A DNA stretch of 64,000 nucleotides, taken from NCBI RefSeq assembly GCF_032118995.1, contig NC_092653.1:7187031-7251030 (forward strand), written 5' to 3'. This document shows positions 1 through 10,692 of the stretch, in pieces; positions within the stretch are counted from its first letter, which is position 1, and each line of letters opens with the position of its first letter. The position numbers and the translations under genes are program-made. A model generated the notes under the pieces. It made no database searches. It was not told where the DNA came from and was given only the letters and a program-made list of their open reading frames with translations. The DNA comes from Asterias amurensis. Lineage: Eukaryota.

Positions 1-3000
1 AACATCTTCATCATCACCAAGGTTGTCGTCCTGAACAAGATTATTCTGATCACTGTTAGCATCACCATCTTCAGATTTAGCTGCCCGACTTCTTCTGTTA
101 AGACCGCCTCTTTTGTTACTTCCTTTCTCTTTCCGATACTCATTTGAACTTTGCAGATTGGTTTTACCACAATCTTTTTTAACCTTCGTTGATTTTGTCC
201 GTTTTCCATCACTCCTCTGCTTACGTGTCTTTAACATTTTTTGCTTGACTTGTAACGATCCTTTCATTTCTGATTGTTTTTCTTTTTTTATTTGTGATTT
301 GCTCTTCTTCAACAGTCTATCGTTGAGATCAGCAGGAGAATCATCTGAACTTCCATAATCTGGGATAGTCAGACTTGTGTCATCGCTGTCAGAGCCACCA
401 ATGTCTTCAGTCTCATCTTTAAGAATATCTCCCTCCTCTCTGTTTTCTTTAACATGGCCATCAAGATTTTCATCATTATCAAGTTTGTCCTCATCAGTAC
501 ATTCCTTTCTTTCAACCTGACGTTCGTCGCTAACATCCAGACGAAAAACTTCATCATCATGATCACTCCCGTCCCTATGATCTTTCTCGTCTCTGGCAGT
601 AGATTCAACTGCCTGACCGCTTGGTTCCTGCTGCTTATCCTTAGAATCTATTTCATGATGGCTAGTTTCAAAACCTGTTTCTTTAAAGGCCTTTGATTCT
701 GCTTGTTTCTCCTTTGCTATCATTTTTTTCTCTGCCTGCTGTTTGAAAATCTTCAACATTTTACCCTTGTCAGCCAGTAACCCTGTGGTGTTCAATCGCT
801 TCTTCGATTTCACCTGTTCGGATTTACTCTCGTCATCATCTAAAACAATATTTGAGCTTACTTGCTTTTGTAAGACGCTTTCTTGACTGCCTGAAGAATT
901 TTGATCTGTATCACTATCAGAACCATTTCCACTACTACTGATATCATTCACCCTCTCACCAATGCTGACCTTCAAATGACCAGGCATGCCATGGCTTTCT
1001 TTAGGGCTGCCAATTAAGCTTATTTCCTCACTACTTGAAAACAGTTCGTCCAGTATTCTTCTTCGATTCTTTCGGGGCGACATTCTCCTGCCATAGACCT
1101 TATTATCAGGTGTATTTCTGTGTTGTCTACCTCTGATCACATCTTCCGGTATTAAATTTTCACTCTGACTGTCATCGGTTATGTCAAACTCATTAGCATC
1201 GCTGTAACAATCACTCTCTGGGTCGTCTTTCAACCTAGACTCAGTTGCTTGATCAAGGATGAAGGGATTTCCATAATCTCCATCATCAAGTTCTTCGCTC
1301 CATTCTTCCCGAGTGTCAATACTAGAAAGAACATCATCTTCATCACACTCACTGGCAGAAGTTCCAACTATGGTGTGGTCATTATCTCCCTTGTCACTGA
1401 TGCTACCTTCTTCAGCACTACTCTCATCATTATCAATGAACTCTTCCACCTCTAAGAGTTCAAGGCTGCAGTCACTGCCACTACCATCTGCAAAAAGATC
1501 TTGATTCTCTTCGTCACTTTCTCGATCACCCAAGCCATCATGGCCTAGAGAAACACTAATGTTAACTTCTTGTGCACTATTCTCATAATTATCGATGTAC
1601 TCTTCAACCTCTATGTGTTCAATGCTGCAGTCACTACCACTACCATCTTCAACAACACCTTGACCCTCTTTGTGATCAACATAGTCAGCACCCTCGCTCC
1701 CACCATCCAGGATACGTCTGTATTGTTTTCTGTTTATCTGCTGAGTGCCAACAAGCATTTCACCATCGTCAATTTTCCGATCGCCCAATCCCTCATCACT
1801 GTCAGAATCATCAGTCATGTTGATAAACCTTTGTGCAGCTGCCCTAGCTCTGCCTACATCCGAATCGCTGTCTCCACTACTCGAGAACAACTCCTGTGGT
1901 ACTCTCTTTCCGATGGGGCGTCTGCCACAATGCCTAGAGAACTTCATAAAATTCAAGGGAATCACTTTCGGTAAGATTTCACCAGGTGCCGGCGGAGGTT
2001 TCATCAGCTGAAGGACAGGAGAGAGACAGTGGGACTTGGGTATGGCGAGTTCTTCGGAGGAGGACTTACTCCAAGAGTCTGTCTGCTTTGTGGAATCGGA
2101 CGACCCTGCAGACTTGATTCTTCTTCGATGACTTTGTCTTCGCAGAAGAGGGGTGGGCTTTTGGGGGGACCGGCTCTGAGTAGATACATTCATTATGGAC
2201 TCAATGAAGCTTTTGAGAGTATCTGAATATTCTGTTTCTTTTCTTGGTGACTGAAAGGGCTTTGAGGTACTTGGTTTCACCAATTGAGTGACAGTAGAGA
2301 GACATTGGGACTTGAGTGTAGCAGCTTCTTCAGAGTCCATCTGCCCCAGTGAATCGGAAGACTCTGAAGACTCGATTCTTCTTCGATGACTTTGTCTTCG
2401 CAGAAGAGGGGTGGGCTTTGGAGGAGACTTGCTACGAGTAGCCTGTACATGCTTTAAAGACTCAAAGAACCGTTTGAGAACATCCGTTTCTTTTCCTGGT
2501 AGCTGGGAGGGCTTTGAAAAGTTCTTGCTATCACTACATACATCCAGTAAAGAATCCATGAAGTTTTTGATTACTGTTACTGGTTCAACTTTTTGGTCCG
2601 AGGGAGTTGTCATTGTTGAGCATCCATCAGGAGGAATTTGGCTCGCAAAGGATGGTGTTTCATGCACTGTCTGAGTTTGGGTTTCATGAAAGTCTGTTTG
2701 ACACGACTGGCTGTGTAAAGATGAGTGGGTTGAGGCCCTTATGTGTTCTGACTCGAGCTTGTCTGGTTTTAACACAACAGGTGAAACCTGGACACCAATG
2801 CTGACATTTCCCAATGTCTGGATGCCCTCGCTTGCTGTAGATGGGATTTCCAATGATGGTGGGCATTTGCATTCTGAGCAAGAACACAACACACATGTTG
2901 GCCCTGCTTCAGCTCCCTGCTGTTTTGGTGTTTCAAAGTCACTGCCATTTTCTACAGGGGCCTTGTTGATGGCAACTTCTTGTTCTGTTTGCACGTAAGG

Positions 3001-4296
3001 AACCTTTGATTGCGTTTGGCAGTGTTTTTCAACAGAAGTTTCATTTGGATTTGATAGTGGTGCGGACAGTTTGATGTCTTGGGACTTTACTGTATGTAAA
3101 TCCTCTTTAGGACTCATTTTTCCCGGAGTGACATCAAGCTCCCCAATACTTTCTCTGTATTTTCGTTTCAGACTGATGCGTCGCCGTCTCTTTTGCTCAT
3201 GACAAGCAATCTTTGCTTTCGCCAGTCTTGCAGAAAGTCTAGATCTTTTTGAAGTTGAAAGCTCTTCAAGTAGATCTGAAAGAGTAATACTTAAACTTGA
3301 ATCAGCTGTCGAGAATATTTGGGGTGTTTGTTGTTGATAAAGCGCTCCAACTCCTTCAACTCCTGGCTGATTTTTAGACTGAACCATGATTTCTGCTTCT
3401 TCCAAAGATGTACCAGATGCCGGGATGTTTTGCTTACACTTTTTTGTCTGGACCTTCGGGGTGCTGACTCGATGTAACCATGACGACTTAGGTGTTTCGA
3501 ACCTATTCAAGTCGGTGCTAGTTCTTTGTGGTTCTGCAAGATGCTCAGTTGACAATACGCCAACAGATGTTGAACTATCCACTGGTGCTGCAGTTTTCCC
3601 AGATTTACTTCTTCCTTTGGTTTTCCTAGAATGAGAAACTGTGGAGTGTCCAGAGCTTTCAAGACCTTTCTTTCTGTGGCTTTTTTTCTTCAGTCTCTTG
3701 GCATTGGTTGGTGCCAATTCTGTCATGACTCGTTTCTGCCCTTTTACGAGAGGATTATCAGGTACTTTGAGTGGATCGAGAGTTGAACTTTCAAATACCT
3801 GCTCTTGATCAGTTTGTTTTGAATTGCGGATAGATTTGACAGAGGCAAAGGAATCCCCTTCAATGATCTCTACGATTTCAGCTGTGCCTTCCTGAGAACT
3901 CACAAGACTCGGCGTTCCCTTTTGAATCAGGCCGCTTTTTCTTCTGTGCCTCCCTCGCCTCTTGATACTCAAGGAATTATCTGCCACAATAACATCTTTG
4001 GACACACTCTTTTCGGTTTGATTGCCATCCCCTGATTGAACTGGCTCATCTATCCCATTAATAAGGCGTCGTCTCTTCAATCTTTTCTTGGGGCTTGGAG
4101 TTGACTGATCTGAGTTTGAGTTTTGACAGTGCCTCAGTGGCGATATACTATGAATCCTCATCAGTCCGTCATCGTCAACGTTTTGCCAAAAGTCTGCGCT
4201 CAAATTCGAAAAGACAGGTTGGCTTTCCCTTGCTGGCTTTGTTGGGGTTTTTAAAACGGTTTGCATTGTTGGAGTGTTTTTTGCGTTGCAAGGCAT
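1..4296 (-). CDS. Partial CDS (3' end off-window) of a very large acidic Ser/Asp/Glu-rich low-complexity protein. The product looks like a nuclear phospho-acidic protein of unknown identity. The frame runs without a stop from the ATG at 4296 to position 1 (>=1432 codons) with no intron needed.
   Basis: Hand reverse-translation in one frame, spot-checked at 16 places, no stop. In-frame TAG upstream at 4417-4419; first ATG at 4296. Basic NLS-like SPKKRLKRRR. Repeated units KPTPLLRRQSHRRRI[EK]S (coding repeats at plus 2100-2160 and 2370-2430). Repeated units GSGSDCS[IL]E..EVEE[YF]IDN (1380-1500 and 1560-1680). Absent from the ORF track, presumably because there is no in-window stop. Upstream 5' exons cannot be excluded. 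Confidence 0.7.
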   Translation of the reverse strand, partial: MPCNAKNTPTMQTVLKTPTKPARESQPVFSNLSADFWQNVDDDGLMRIHSISPLRHCQNSNSDQSTPSPKKRLKRRRLINGIDEPVQSGDGNQTEKSVSKDVIVADNSLSIKRRGRHRRKSGLIQKGTPSLVSSQEGTAEIVEIIEGDSFASVKSIRNSKQTDQEQVFESSTLDPLKVPDNPLVKGQKRVMTELAPTNAKRLKKKSHRKKGLESSGHSTVSHSRKTKGRSKSGKTAAPVDSSTSVGVLSTEHLAEPQRTSTDLNRFETPKSSWLHRVSTPKVQTKKCKQNIPASGTSLEEAEIMVQSKNQPGVEGVGALYQQQTPQIFSTADSSLSITLSDLLEELSTSKRSRLSARLAKAKIACHEQKRRRRISLKRKYRESIGELDVTPGKMSPKEDLHTVKSQDIKLSAPLSNPNETSVEKHCQTQSKVPYVQTEQEVAINKAPVENGSDFETPKQQGAEAGPTCVLCSCSECKCPPSLEIPSTASEGIQTLGNVSIGVQVSPVVLKPDKLESEHIRASTHSSLHSQSCQTDFHETQTQTVHETPSFASQIPPDGCSTMTTPSDQKVEPVTVIKNFMDSLLDVCSDSKNFSKPSQLPGKETDVLKRFFESLKHVQATRSKSPPKPTPLLRRQSHRRRIESSESSDSLGQMDSEEAATLKSQCLSTVTQLVKPSTSKPFQSPRKETEYSDTLKSFIESIMNVSTQSRSPQKPTPLLRRQSHRRRIKSAGSSDSTKQTDSWSKSSSEELAIPKSHCLSPVLQLMKPPPAPGEILPKVIPLNFMKFSRHCGRRPIGKRVPQELFSSSGDSDSDVGRARAAAQRFINMTDDSDSDEGLGDRKIDDGEMLVGTQQINRKQYRRILDGGSEGADYVDHKEGQGVVEDGSGSDCSIEHIEVEEYIDNYENSAQEVNISVSLGHDGLGDRESDEENQDLFADGSGSDCSLELLEVEEFIDNDESSAEEGSISDKGDNDHTIVGTSASECDEDDVLSSIDTREEWSEELDDGDYGNPFILDQATESRLKDDPESDCYSDANEFDITDDSQSENLIPEDVIRGRQHRNTPDNKVYGRRMSPRKNRRRILDELFSSSEEISLIGSPKESHGMPGHLKVSIGERVNDISSSGNGSDSDTDQNSSGSQESVLQKQVSSNIVLDDDESKSEQVKSKKRLNTTGLLADKGKMLKIFKQQAEKKMIAKEKQAESKAFKETGFETSHHEIDSKDKQQEPSGQAVESTARDEKDHRDGSDHDDEVFRLDVSDERQVERKECTDEDKLDNDENLDGHVKENREEGDILKDETEDIGGSDSDDTSLTIPDYGSSDDSPADLNDRLLKKSKSQIKKEKQSEMKGSLQVKQKMLKTRKQRSDGKRTKSTKVKKDCGKTNLQSSNEYRKEKGSNKRGGLNRRSRAAKSEDGDANSDQNNLVQDDNLGDDEDV

Positions 4297-5069
4297 TTTT
4301 TGTAATAATGCAGAGTCGAAATGGTCAAAATTCAAACTGTTCAAACCAAGTGGTTTCTCCACGCAGCACAATATCCCATTCTGTATGATGGTTGACACGG
4401 GCTGGCTGGCACAAGCCTAAACTGAAGCTCAAAGATATTGATTCAATTCTGCACCTAATGAAAAGATAAAACAAATCACACCAATTTAAAACAAAGGCAG
4501 CACTTTTTTTTAAATCCAAACTGATCAAGTGTTCAGCAATCAGTCTAGTCAAACAGAATGAATCAAGGGCTCATGGGTTGGAGAGGTTATTTGTAACACA
4601 CTTGTAAGCCAAATGCTAGTAAAAACATGGATCGAGATCAAAATTCTCTCATGTTGTCTAGTCTCGGATAAAGACCCTCCTTGATACCCAACCATGGCCC
4701 AAGAGGGCGCGCTTACCTTAGTCCGCAATTACAAGGTCTGGGGCCTTTCTCAAAGCTCCGCTTGGGGTCCGGCTCAGGCTTAGGCTCCGCGTGTTGTGTA
4801 CGCAGCTTGCATTTAACCTTCATTTAATCCACTCAGCAACTTCTGGCAAAGCATCTGCAACTTCTGAAGCATCAGTTAGATCATGATCAGTAACTTTTAT
4901 GATGCAGATTGTTGCAGACGGTTTTTCAAAAAAAGGAAAAGATTTTGATATCAGACGTGCTGGGGCCAGGGATATGGAGTGGATGGACCGATTCCATGAC
5001 TAGAGTAGAGTTACCAGCGAGGGGGGGACTTTTAAAGTTTTGTCATCATAAAAAAATGAGTTATAGCAA

Positions 5070-5436
5070 TCGCACAACAACGGTAAATAGCATTCTCCAA
5101 AGGCCCACACTTCGTGTATCACAACTTATATATAAAATAACAAACCTGTGAAAATTTAGGCTCAATCGGTAATCGGAGTCGAAAGAAAATCACAGGAAAA
5201 CCCACCCTTGTTTCCGCACGTTTCGCCGTGTCATGACATGTGTTTAAAACAAATCCATAATTCTCTTTATCGAGAATTGATAATTGTTTAAATGTTTTCT
5301 CAAAAAGTAAAGCATTTCATGGATTAATATTTCAAGGGAAGTCTTTCACCATTACCTTCTGTAAACCCTGTCAATTATTTGTAAATCTGTGAACTTTTAA
5401 TTTTTGTTCTGTTCCGAAAGTGTCCACTGGCTTTAA
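5070..5436. mobile_element. MITE family E copy (5' TIR truncated)
   Basis: ..cccacacttcgtgtatcacaactt...ccgaaagtgtccactggctttaaa. Confidence 0.75.
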
Positions 5437-5618
5437 AGCAGAACAACTTTGTTTGTAACAAAAAACAATGCTCTTCATAACCAGGGTCGTCTATTTGGAT
5501 TACATAAACCCTCACACCATAAACCCTCACAAGTGTTTTCTTTTTTAAGTGAATAAGAATCTTTCTTAGTTTAGTTGCGAACATCGTTCGCAACCCTCCA
5601 GGGGGTCCAGATCTACTC

Positions 5619-5694
5619 CTAGAACTATTTCGGTTTCGTCCGGCTATCGTCTCCCGAGGGAGACGATAGCCGGACGAAACCGAAATAGTTCTAG
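5619..5694. repeat. Perfect 37-nt + 2-nt + 37-nt palindrome (ctagaactatttcggtttcgtccggctatcgtctccc ga gggagacgatagccggacgaaaccgaaatagttctag)
   Basis: Read directly. A second small palindrome gttgcgaacatcgttcgcaac lies at 5574-5594. Confidence 0.9.
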
Positions 5695-6262
5695 TAGTCC
5701 AGATCCATCCATGGTCATTGGATGGGACCATGAGTGACATTGACAACGACATCTTTCAATTACAAATTGTGTTTACTTACAGCATGGGTGTTAATTTATC
5801 CAAATACCGTGTTCTTTACCTTTTTTCCCAGAGCTCAAACGTCCATCTTTCGAGAAATAGAACAAGTTGTTGGCTTCAATCAAAAAGTGCAGTAGACTCA
5901 AAACCATGCACGTTATCATCCTTTTTCCCATATGTCAAGAAAGCACGCAGCGCGCTTGTATTTTGCAATAACAGATCGTACCCACAGCAGGACCGAGGTT
6001 GACATTGTGGATCTGTATCACGTGTCTGTCAGGTGGTTTGTTTTATTTCCAAATTGCGCAGGCTGTAGTTACGCGAGCAAACTACAGATGCGCGCACTAA
6101 CTCAAATTGCAACATGCATGCAGAATCCAAAATACCTGTACGGGGGGGGGGGGGGCGGGATCGTTTAAGGGGTACATTTAAGGGGTAGATTAAATAACAA
6201 ATGTTCACTTTGAACATTTTATATATTATTTTAGCAACGCTGAAAACCCCAGCACTTCACAC

Positions 6263-6512
6263 AGGGCCCAATTTCATAGAGCTGCTAGCTAAGCACAAAA
6301 AATTGCTAAGATGAAATTTCTAGCTTGATAAAAACAGGATAACCAGCCAAATTTCCCACGTGATTTTCAGGATAAGCAAACAACAGCTGATTACCAGTAA
6401 ACAAGCAATATGCAACAAATGGAAACTTAGTCGATATAATGCTGTTTATGAAAAAAGGCATTTCATGCTTAGCAAATTTTGGTGCTTAGCAGCTTTATGA
6501 AATTGGGCCCTG
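6263..6512. mobile_element. MITE family A (TIR CAGGGCCCAATTTCATAGAGCTGCT ... AGCAGCTTTATGAAATTGGGCCCTG), ~250 bp
   Basis: Perfect terminal inverted repeats read directly. Confidence 0.85.
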
Positions 6513-6640
6513 TGAGCGCCCATGACATTTATTTGGCTTTATACTTAAACATGGAGGCCTGTAGACGGAGGTTGGAATCACGTTTAGGCCATGTCCATCG
6601 ATCCTTGTCTATCTCTCGATCATTAAGTTAAAAAGATCAA

Positions 6641-6875
6641 GGGGCCAATTTCATAGAGCTGCTTATTTATAAGCAAGAAAATAGCTTGCTTATTTTTCAC
6701 TGGCAAAATTGTCATGCCATATACATTGATTGAGACTGGTATTTAGCTGTTGTTTACTTAGCATAACAATTGAGTGGAGTCTTGGCCATATTGGCCGCGG
6801 TTATCTGATTTTACTAAGCATTTTTTTGCTTGAGCAAAATTTTGTGCTTAAGCAGCTGTATGAAATTGGGCCCTG
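6641..6875. mobile_element. MITE family A copy
   Basis: ggggccaatttcatagagctgctta...gcttaagcagctgtatgaaattgggccctg. Confidence 0.85.
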
Positions 6876-7798
6876 CTGAGAAGCACCCGGATATCCCTAA
6901 CAACTACATCTATAGGCTACAGCTGAGCATCTGTCTTCCCCTGGAATACGACAAAGATAACTTGTCTGCGCTTCAGATCAAAATTGGCTGGAAGCAGACG
7001 CGCTACTCCTTCATTCTTTCACACTTGTGAACTAACAAAACAACACAACACTTCTTGAAACTCTTCATAAAATAAATATAAATTGGTTTTTATTCAAACT
7101 ACATGTTTGTAGTAATTTAGTACAATGGTATAGTTGGGTCAGTGGGCATAAATCTGTACAACAAATAATATTCACAAATTAAGGCAAACTAAAGTTCTTT
7201 TGATTCTACTAGAAGGGACAAACCGAAGCTGTCTGGATTTCGAAACATGTATATCAATGCAACGTCAAAAAAACATATGTACAGGAGAGTTATTGCATAT
7301 AAAAAATTAATCGCATTTAGTGTTAGTCTCAGAAAAAGTGTCAAAAACTTTCACTTTGTGACGAGATGAATTTATTTCACATCACACCAATACTATAACT
7401 TTGTCAGACAGTTTTAGGGCAAGTGTTGGAAAGAGCTGCATGCTTGTGAACTTTAAAAGACAATACCGGGGGTGAAATAAGTCTATCAACCAATAAATAT
7501 ATGCGCAGCCACAACAACAACAAATTAAAAAACCAATCCATTATAATACGCTATTATGCATTCATCCATTACAACAGCAGATGGTGCTCAAAAGTTGACA
7601 CTTAAAAACTCAATAGACAAAAGGTTTGGATGACATATCATAATGATGAAAGAATAGTACATAAATGCACTGTTTATGATGTAGGCCATGTTGAGTTTGA
7701 ATAGTGAATACCACATGACCAACAATATTCCAATCAAATGACAAGGATCTAGAGCCAATCATGGCTCTGCTTACCGTAAGCAAAGGATCAGCGCTTAA

Positions 7799-8180
7799 AG
7801 GAACACGTTGCCTTGGATCGGTCGAGTTGGTCTTTGAAAAGCGTTTGTAACCGTTTGTTATAAAATGCATATGGGTAGAAAGATGTTGTAAAAGTAGAAT
7901 ACAATGATCCACACAAACATGCCTCGAAATTGCGTGGTTTTCCTTTTACCTCGTCGACTAACACGTCGGCCATTTATGGGGGTCAAAATTTTGACTCCCA
8001 TAAATGGCCGACCATGTTAGTTCGCACAGTAGAAGGAAAACCACGCAATTTCGAGGCAAACTTGTGTGGATCATTGTATTCTACTTTTAAAACATCTTTC
8101 CAACCATATGCATTTTATAAAAAACGGTTACAAACGCTTTTGTTTTGACCAACTCGTCCGATCTAAGGCAACGTGTTCCT
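7799..8180. mobile_element. Foldback (hairpin) MITE, 382 bp, near-perfect inverted halves, TTAA target-site duplication (7795-7798 / 8181-8184). Copy 1, nested inside another MITE.
   Basis: Starts AGGAACACGTTGCCTTGGATCGGTCGAGTTGGTC and ends with the reverse complement. The centre is the palindrome catttatgggggtcaaaattttgactcccataaatg. It interrupts a CGGTAAGCAGAGCCATGAAATT-family MITE (7752-7798 / 8181-8352). Confidence 0.9.
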
Positions 8181-8352
8181 TTAAGTAAACCTGTTCACAG
8201 GTTATCAAGTAATTGTTGCTTGTGCGCATCGATCTCCACATCTCCCCTCCGCATTATTCGCTTACACAGCTAGCACAAATATGATGCTTGCACAGTAAGC
8301 AAGAATGGTGATCGTAAGCGCAGATAGGGAGAGCCATGAATTTGGGCCCTGC
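8181..8352. mobile_element. MITE family B copy, right part. The left part is at 7752-7798. It is split by the foldback-MITE insertion.
   Basis: ..cacaggttatcaag..gcagatagggagagccatgaatttgggccctg. The left part gagccaatcatggctctgcttaccgtaagcaaaggatcagcgc ends at the TTAA. Confidence 0.75.
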
Positions 8353-8973
8353 TGGGGTGTTGTATAAACGTAAAATACAAGTTCACGTAAAATACAAAAT
8401 GGTAGATATCTGTTGACTAAACAAATTGATCAGACCTAAACGCAATTCAAGAAAATAAATAAACGTATGGTTTCTTACCCCCAAAAGCGTGCATAATTAA
8501 GAGATAAATAAGCTTTTTACAAACACTTTGTATATACACAAATTTGTATAGTTAATTATGGTTGAAAAAATTCAACAAAAGTACTATAATTTAAAGGCAG
8601 GTCTATTTGCTAACTCACTGTCTAAAGAATTTTTCTGGAAACTATAAAGTAAACCATCAAATTCGTCTTCTTCTGTTAAAACATTATCTAAGAACTTTCG
8701 TTGGAAGCCTATTTTGTTTTCAAAAATATATAAGAACATTTTATTTAAGTTTGATTTCATAACTTTCTTGTTTAGGACTGAAAAAAAATGTCATACACTA
8801 CTTTATATGACTGAACACTTCTTTTTTTAATGGACGGCAACAAAATCATAAAATTACTGAACACAGATTTTTCAAAGAAACCATCGTAATTTTGATTAGC
8901 AGAAACTGGTTACCAACTAAATTTCATAAACTTTACATTTTTGCAACTGGTGCCCCCTCAATGTTTTGCTTAA

Positions 8974-9300
8974 AGGCAGTGGACACTATTGGTAATTGCT
9001 CAAAATAATTACTATCATAATCATAAAACCTTTCTTGATTACGAGTAATGGGGAGAGGTTGATAGTATAAAACATTGTGAGAAACAGCTCCCTCTGACAT
9101 TCTGAAGTGAAGTAGTTTTCGAGAAAGAAGTTATTTCCACGAATTTGATTTTGAGACCTCAGATTTAGAATTTGAGGTCTCGAAATCAATCATCTAGCAG
9201 CACACAACTCAGTGTTACCATGGTGTGAAAAGGGTGCTTTTTTCTTTCATTAATATCTTGCGAACCTTTTTTTTTGTACAGAAAGTGTCCAACGGCTTTA
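8974..9300. mobile_element. Family-D-related MITE, diverged/composite. One end has the family-D TIR; the other end (9280-9300) carries a family-E-type TIR (gaaagtgtccaacggctttaa).
   Basis: TTAAAGGCAGTGGACACTATTGGTAATTGCTCAAAATAATTAC at 8970-9010. Internal tttcgagacctcagatttagaatttgaggtctcgaaatc palindrome. Confidence 0.6.
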
Positions 9301-9865
9301 ACAGCTTTATTAAAATTAGGACCAGGACTTGCTCATCCAGAGGTTGCGATACATAAAGTTGCCCCAAACCAATTGACATAGCAACTGTCTTGATAGTCTG
9401 AGAAATTAATTTTTAAGTAGTGACTTGTGACTTAGCAAGTCCTTGTTCAAGACATTACTCAAATACAGTAATGGCTTAGCTTTAGCTGGCTGTTTGGTGT
9501 ATTCATTGAAAATTAGAGGTTCAGAATGAAATTGCCCTATTTAAAGTATCTTACATTTAGTAACTACACCTTCGATGTGCCGTCTCTAAAAAATAAAAGA
9601 GCTGATTGTTTAACCAACTAAAACTTTTACCCAAAAATTTAATTAATTTTTAACTACCTATATGAACAAGCTTCGTCGAGGATTTGTTCATAAAAGCACC
9701 AATGGTTTTAAAGCACCAATAAATTAGTTTAACAAGATGAGCTACAACATGTTATTAAGTAATGCTGAATGAATGCTGTCTGATCTGACAAATCGATTAA
9801 AAACAATAAACCAGGGAGGAAATTTGGTGTGCATAAAAATTCCACAAAAACTGGCCTGTGGGCCT

Positions 9866-10177
9866 GGGTTCCCCCCATATAGTTATATATAAGAGCTAGA
9901 GGGCGCACTGGCCTATATACGCGCTCCGGCATGCGCGCAGGCAGCCATTTTCTAAGTTGACAAAACTGGCATCTCACAGCGTGTGTTTGTGCGGCCATTT
10001 TGTAAGTTGAACAAACAGCATCGCGTGAGCGTTCAATAAAAAAAACCTCAAACATGTATTTCATATTCAACGCGCGTGCAGAATGATGTGCTTGTCATCT
10101 TGCGGTCCCGTGGCGTTTGTGCACGAAGCATCACTCGTGCGCCCTCTAGTTCTTATATATAACTCTATGGTTCCCCC
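9866..10177. mobile_element. Non-autonomous element with ~41-bp terminal inverted repeats (GGGGGAACCATAGAGTTATATATAAGAACTAGAGGGCGCAC) and two internal direct repeats (gccattttNtaagttgaNcaaaNNNgcatc)
   Basis: The left end gggttccccccatatagttatatataagagctagagggcgcactgg matches the reverse complement of the right end. Confidence 0.75.
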
Positions 10178-10465
10178 TTATTCTAAACCCAGAACCTTTG
10201 TAATGTTGTAACATTCAGGAGGTTTAAAGATTCAGTACATGACCAGAAATACAAAGATACGAGTTTCTTTCTCCCTTTGATGACTGTTTTACTTCTTGCA
10301 AGAAAAGGTTAAGGCTCAACGAGGCTTTGAGGAAATCCTTGAAATCAGGAAAAATCCTTAGAAATATATGCCAGGATAACAGCCCTCTCTATTGAAGTGT
10401 TCGCATCATTTGGTGCTTGATTTGTGGCAAGTTGTTTTACTGTGTACTGGCTTAGAGAGCTTGCC

Positions 10466-10692
10466 ATACTTGCGAAAACCCAATTTCATGTCTCTGCTTA
10501 CCGTAAGCAAAGAATCTGCACTTATGGAAGCAGGGAATTCTATATTTCACAGGTTAGCAGGGATTTTTTACATTACTAGGCATTATACACTTAAAGAGCT
10601 AGTGCAGAAATTCTGCGCTTGCCCTGTAAGCAGAGAATGGTGATCGTTTAGCTCAGAATATGGCGGTAAGCAGAGCCATGAAATTTTCCCCT
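10466..10692. mobile_element. MITE family B (TIR CCCAATTTCATGTCTCTGCTTACCG ... CGGTAAGCAGAGCCATGAAATTTTCCC), ~227 bp
   Basis: Perfect inverted termini. An internal ..cacaggttagcag.. module is shared with family A. Confidence 0.85.

Noticed and set aside
1249-3634. Plus-strand ORFs of 60-134 aa (1570..1974, 2411..2674, 2741..2998, 3386..3634 and others)
   Set aside because: They are shadow ORFs on the strand opposite the continuous 4.3-kb minus-strand reading frame of gene A.
4680-4810. CpG-rich segment (gcgcgcttaccttagtccgcaattacaaggtctggggcc...) ~400 bp upstream of the gene A ATG, as a candidate promoter or 5' exon
   Set aside because: It is plausible but cannot be supported from sequence alone. 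There are no recognisable core-promoter motifs or splice donor in frame.
7610-8148. Pairs of ~60-100-aa ORFs on both strands (MADVLVDEVKGKPRNFEACLCGSLYSTF.. / MRGFPFTSSTNTSAIYGGQNFDSHKWPTMLVRTVEG..). The same pairs recur at 40039-40501, 44030-44547 and 52294-52692.
   Set aside because: They are mirror images produced by the near-perfect inverted symmetry of the foldback MITE. They have no codon bias and no homology, and they appear identically on both strands in all four copies.
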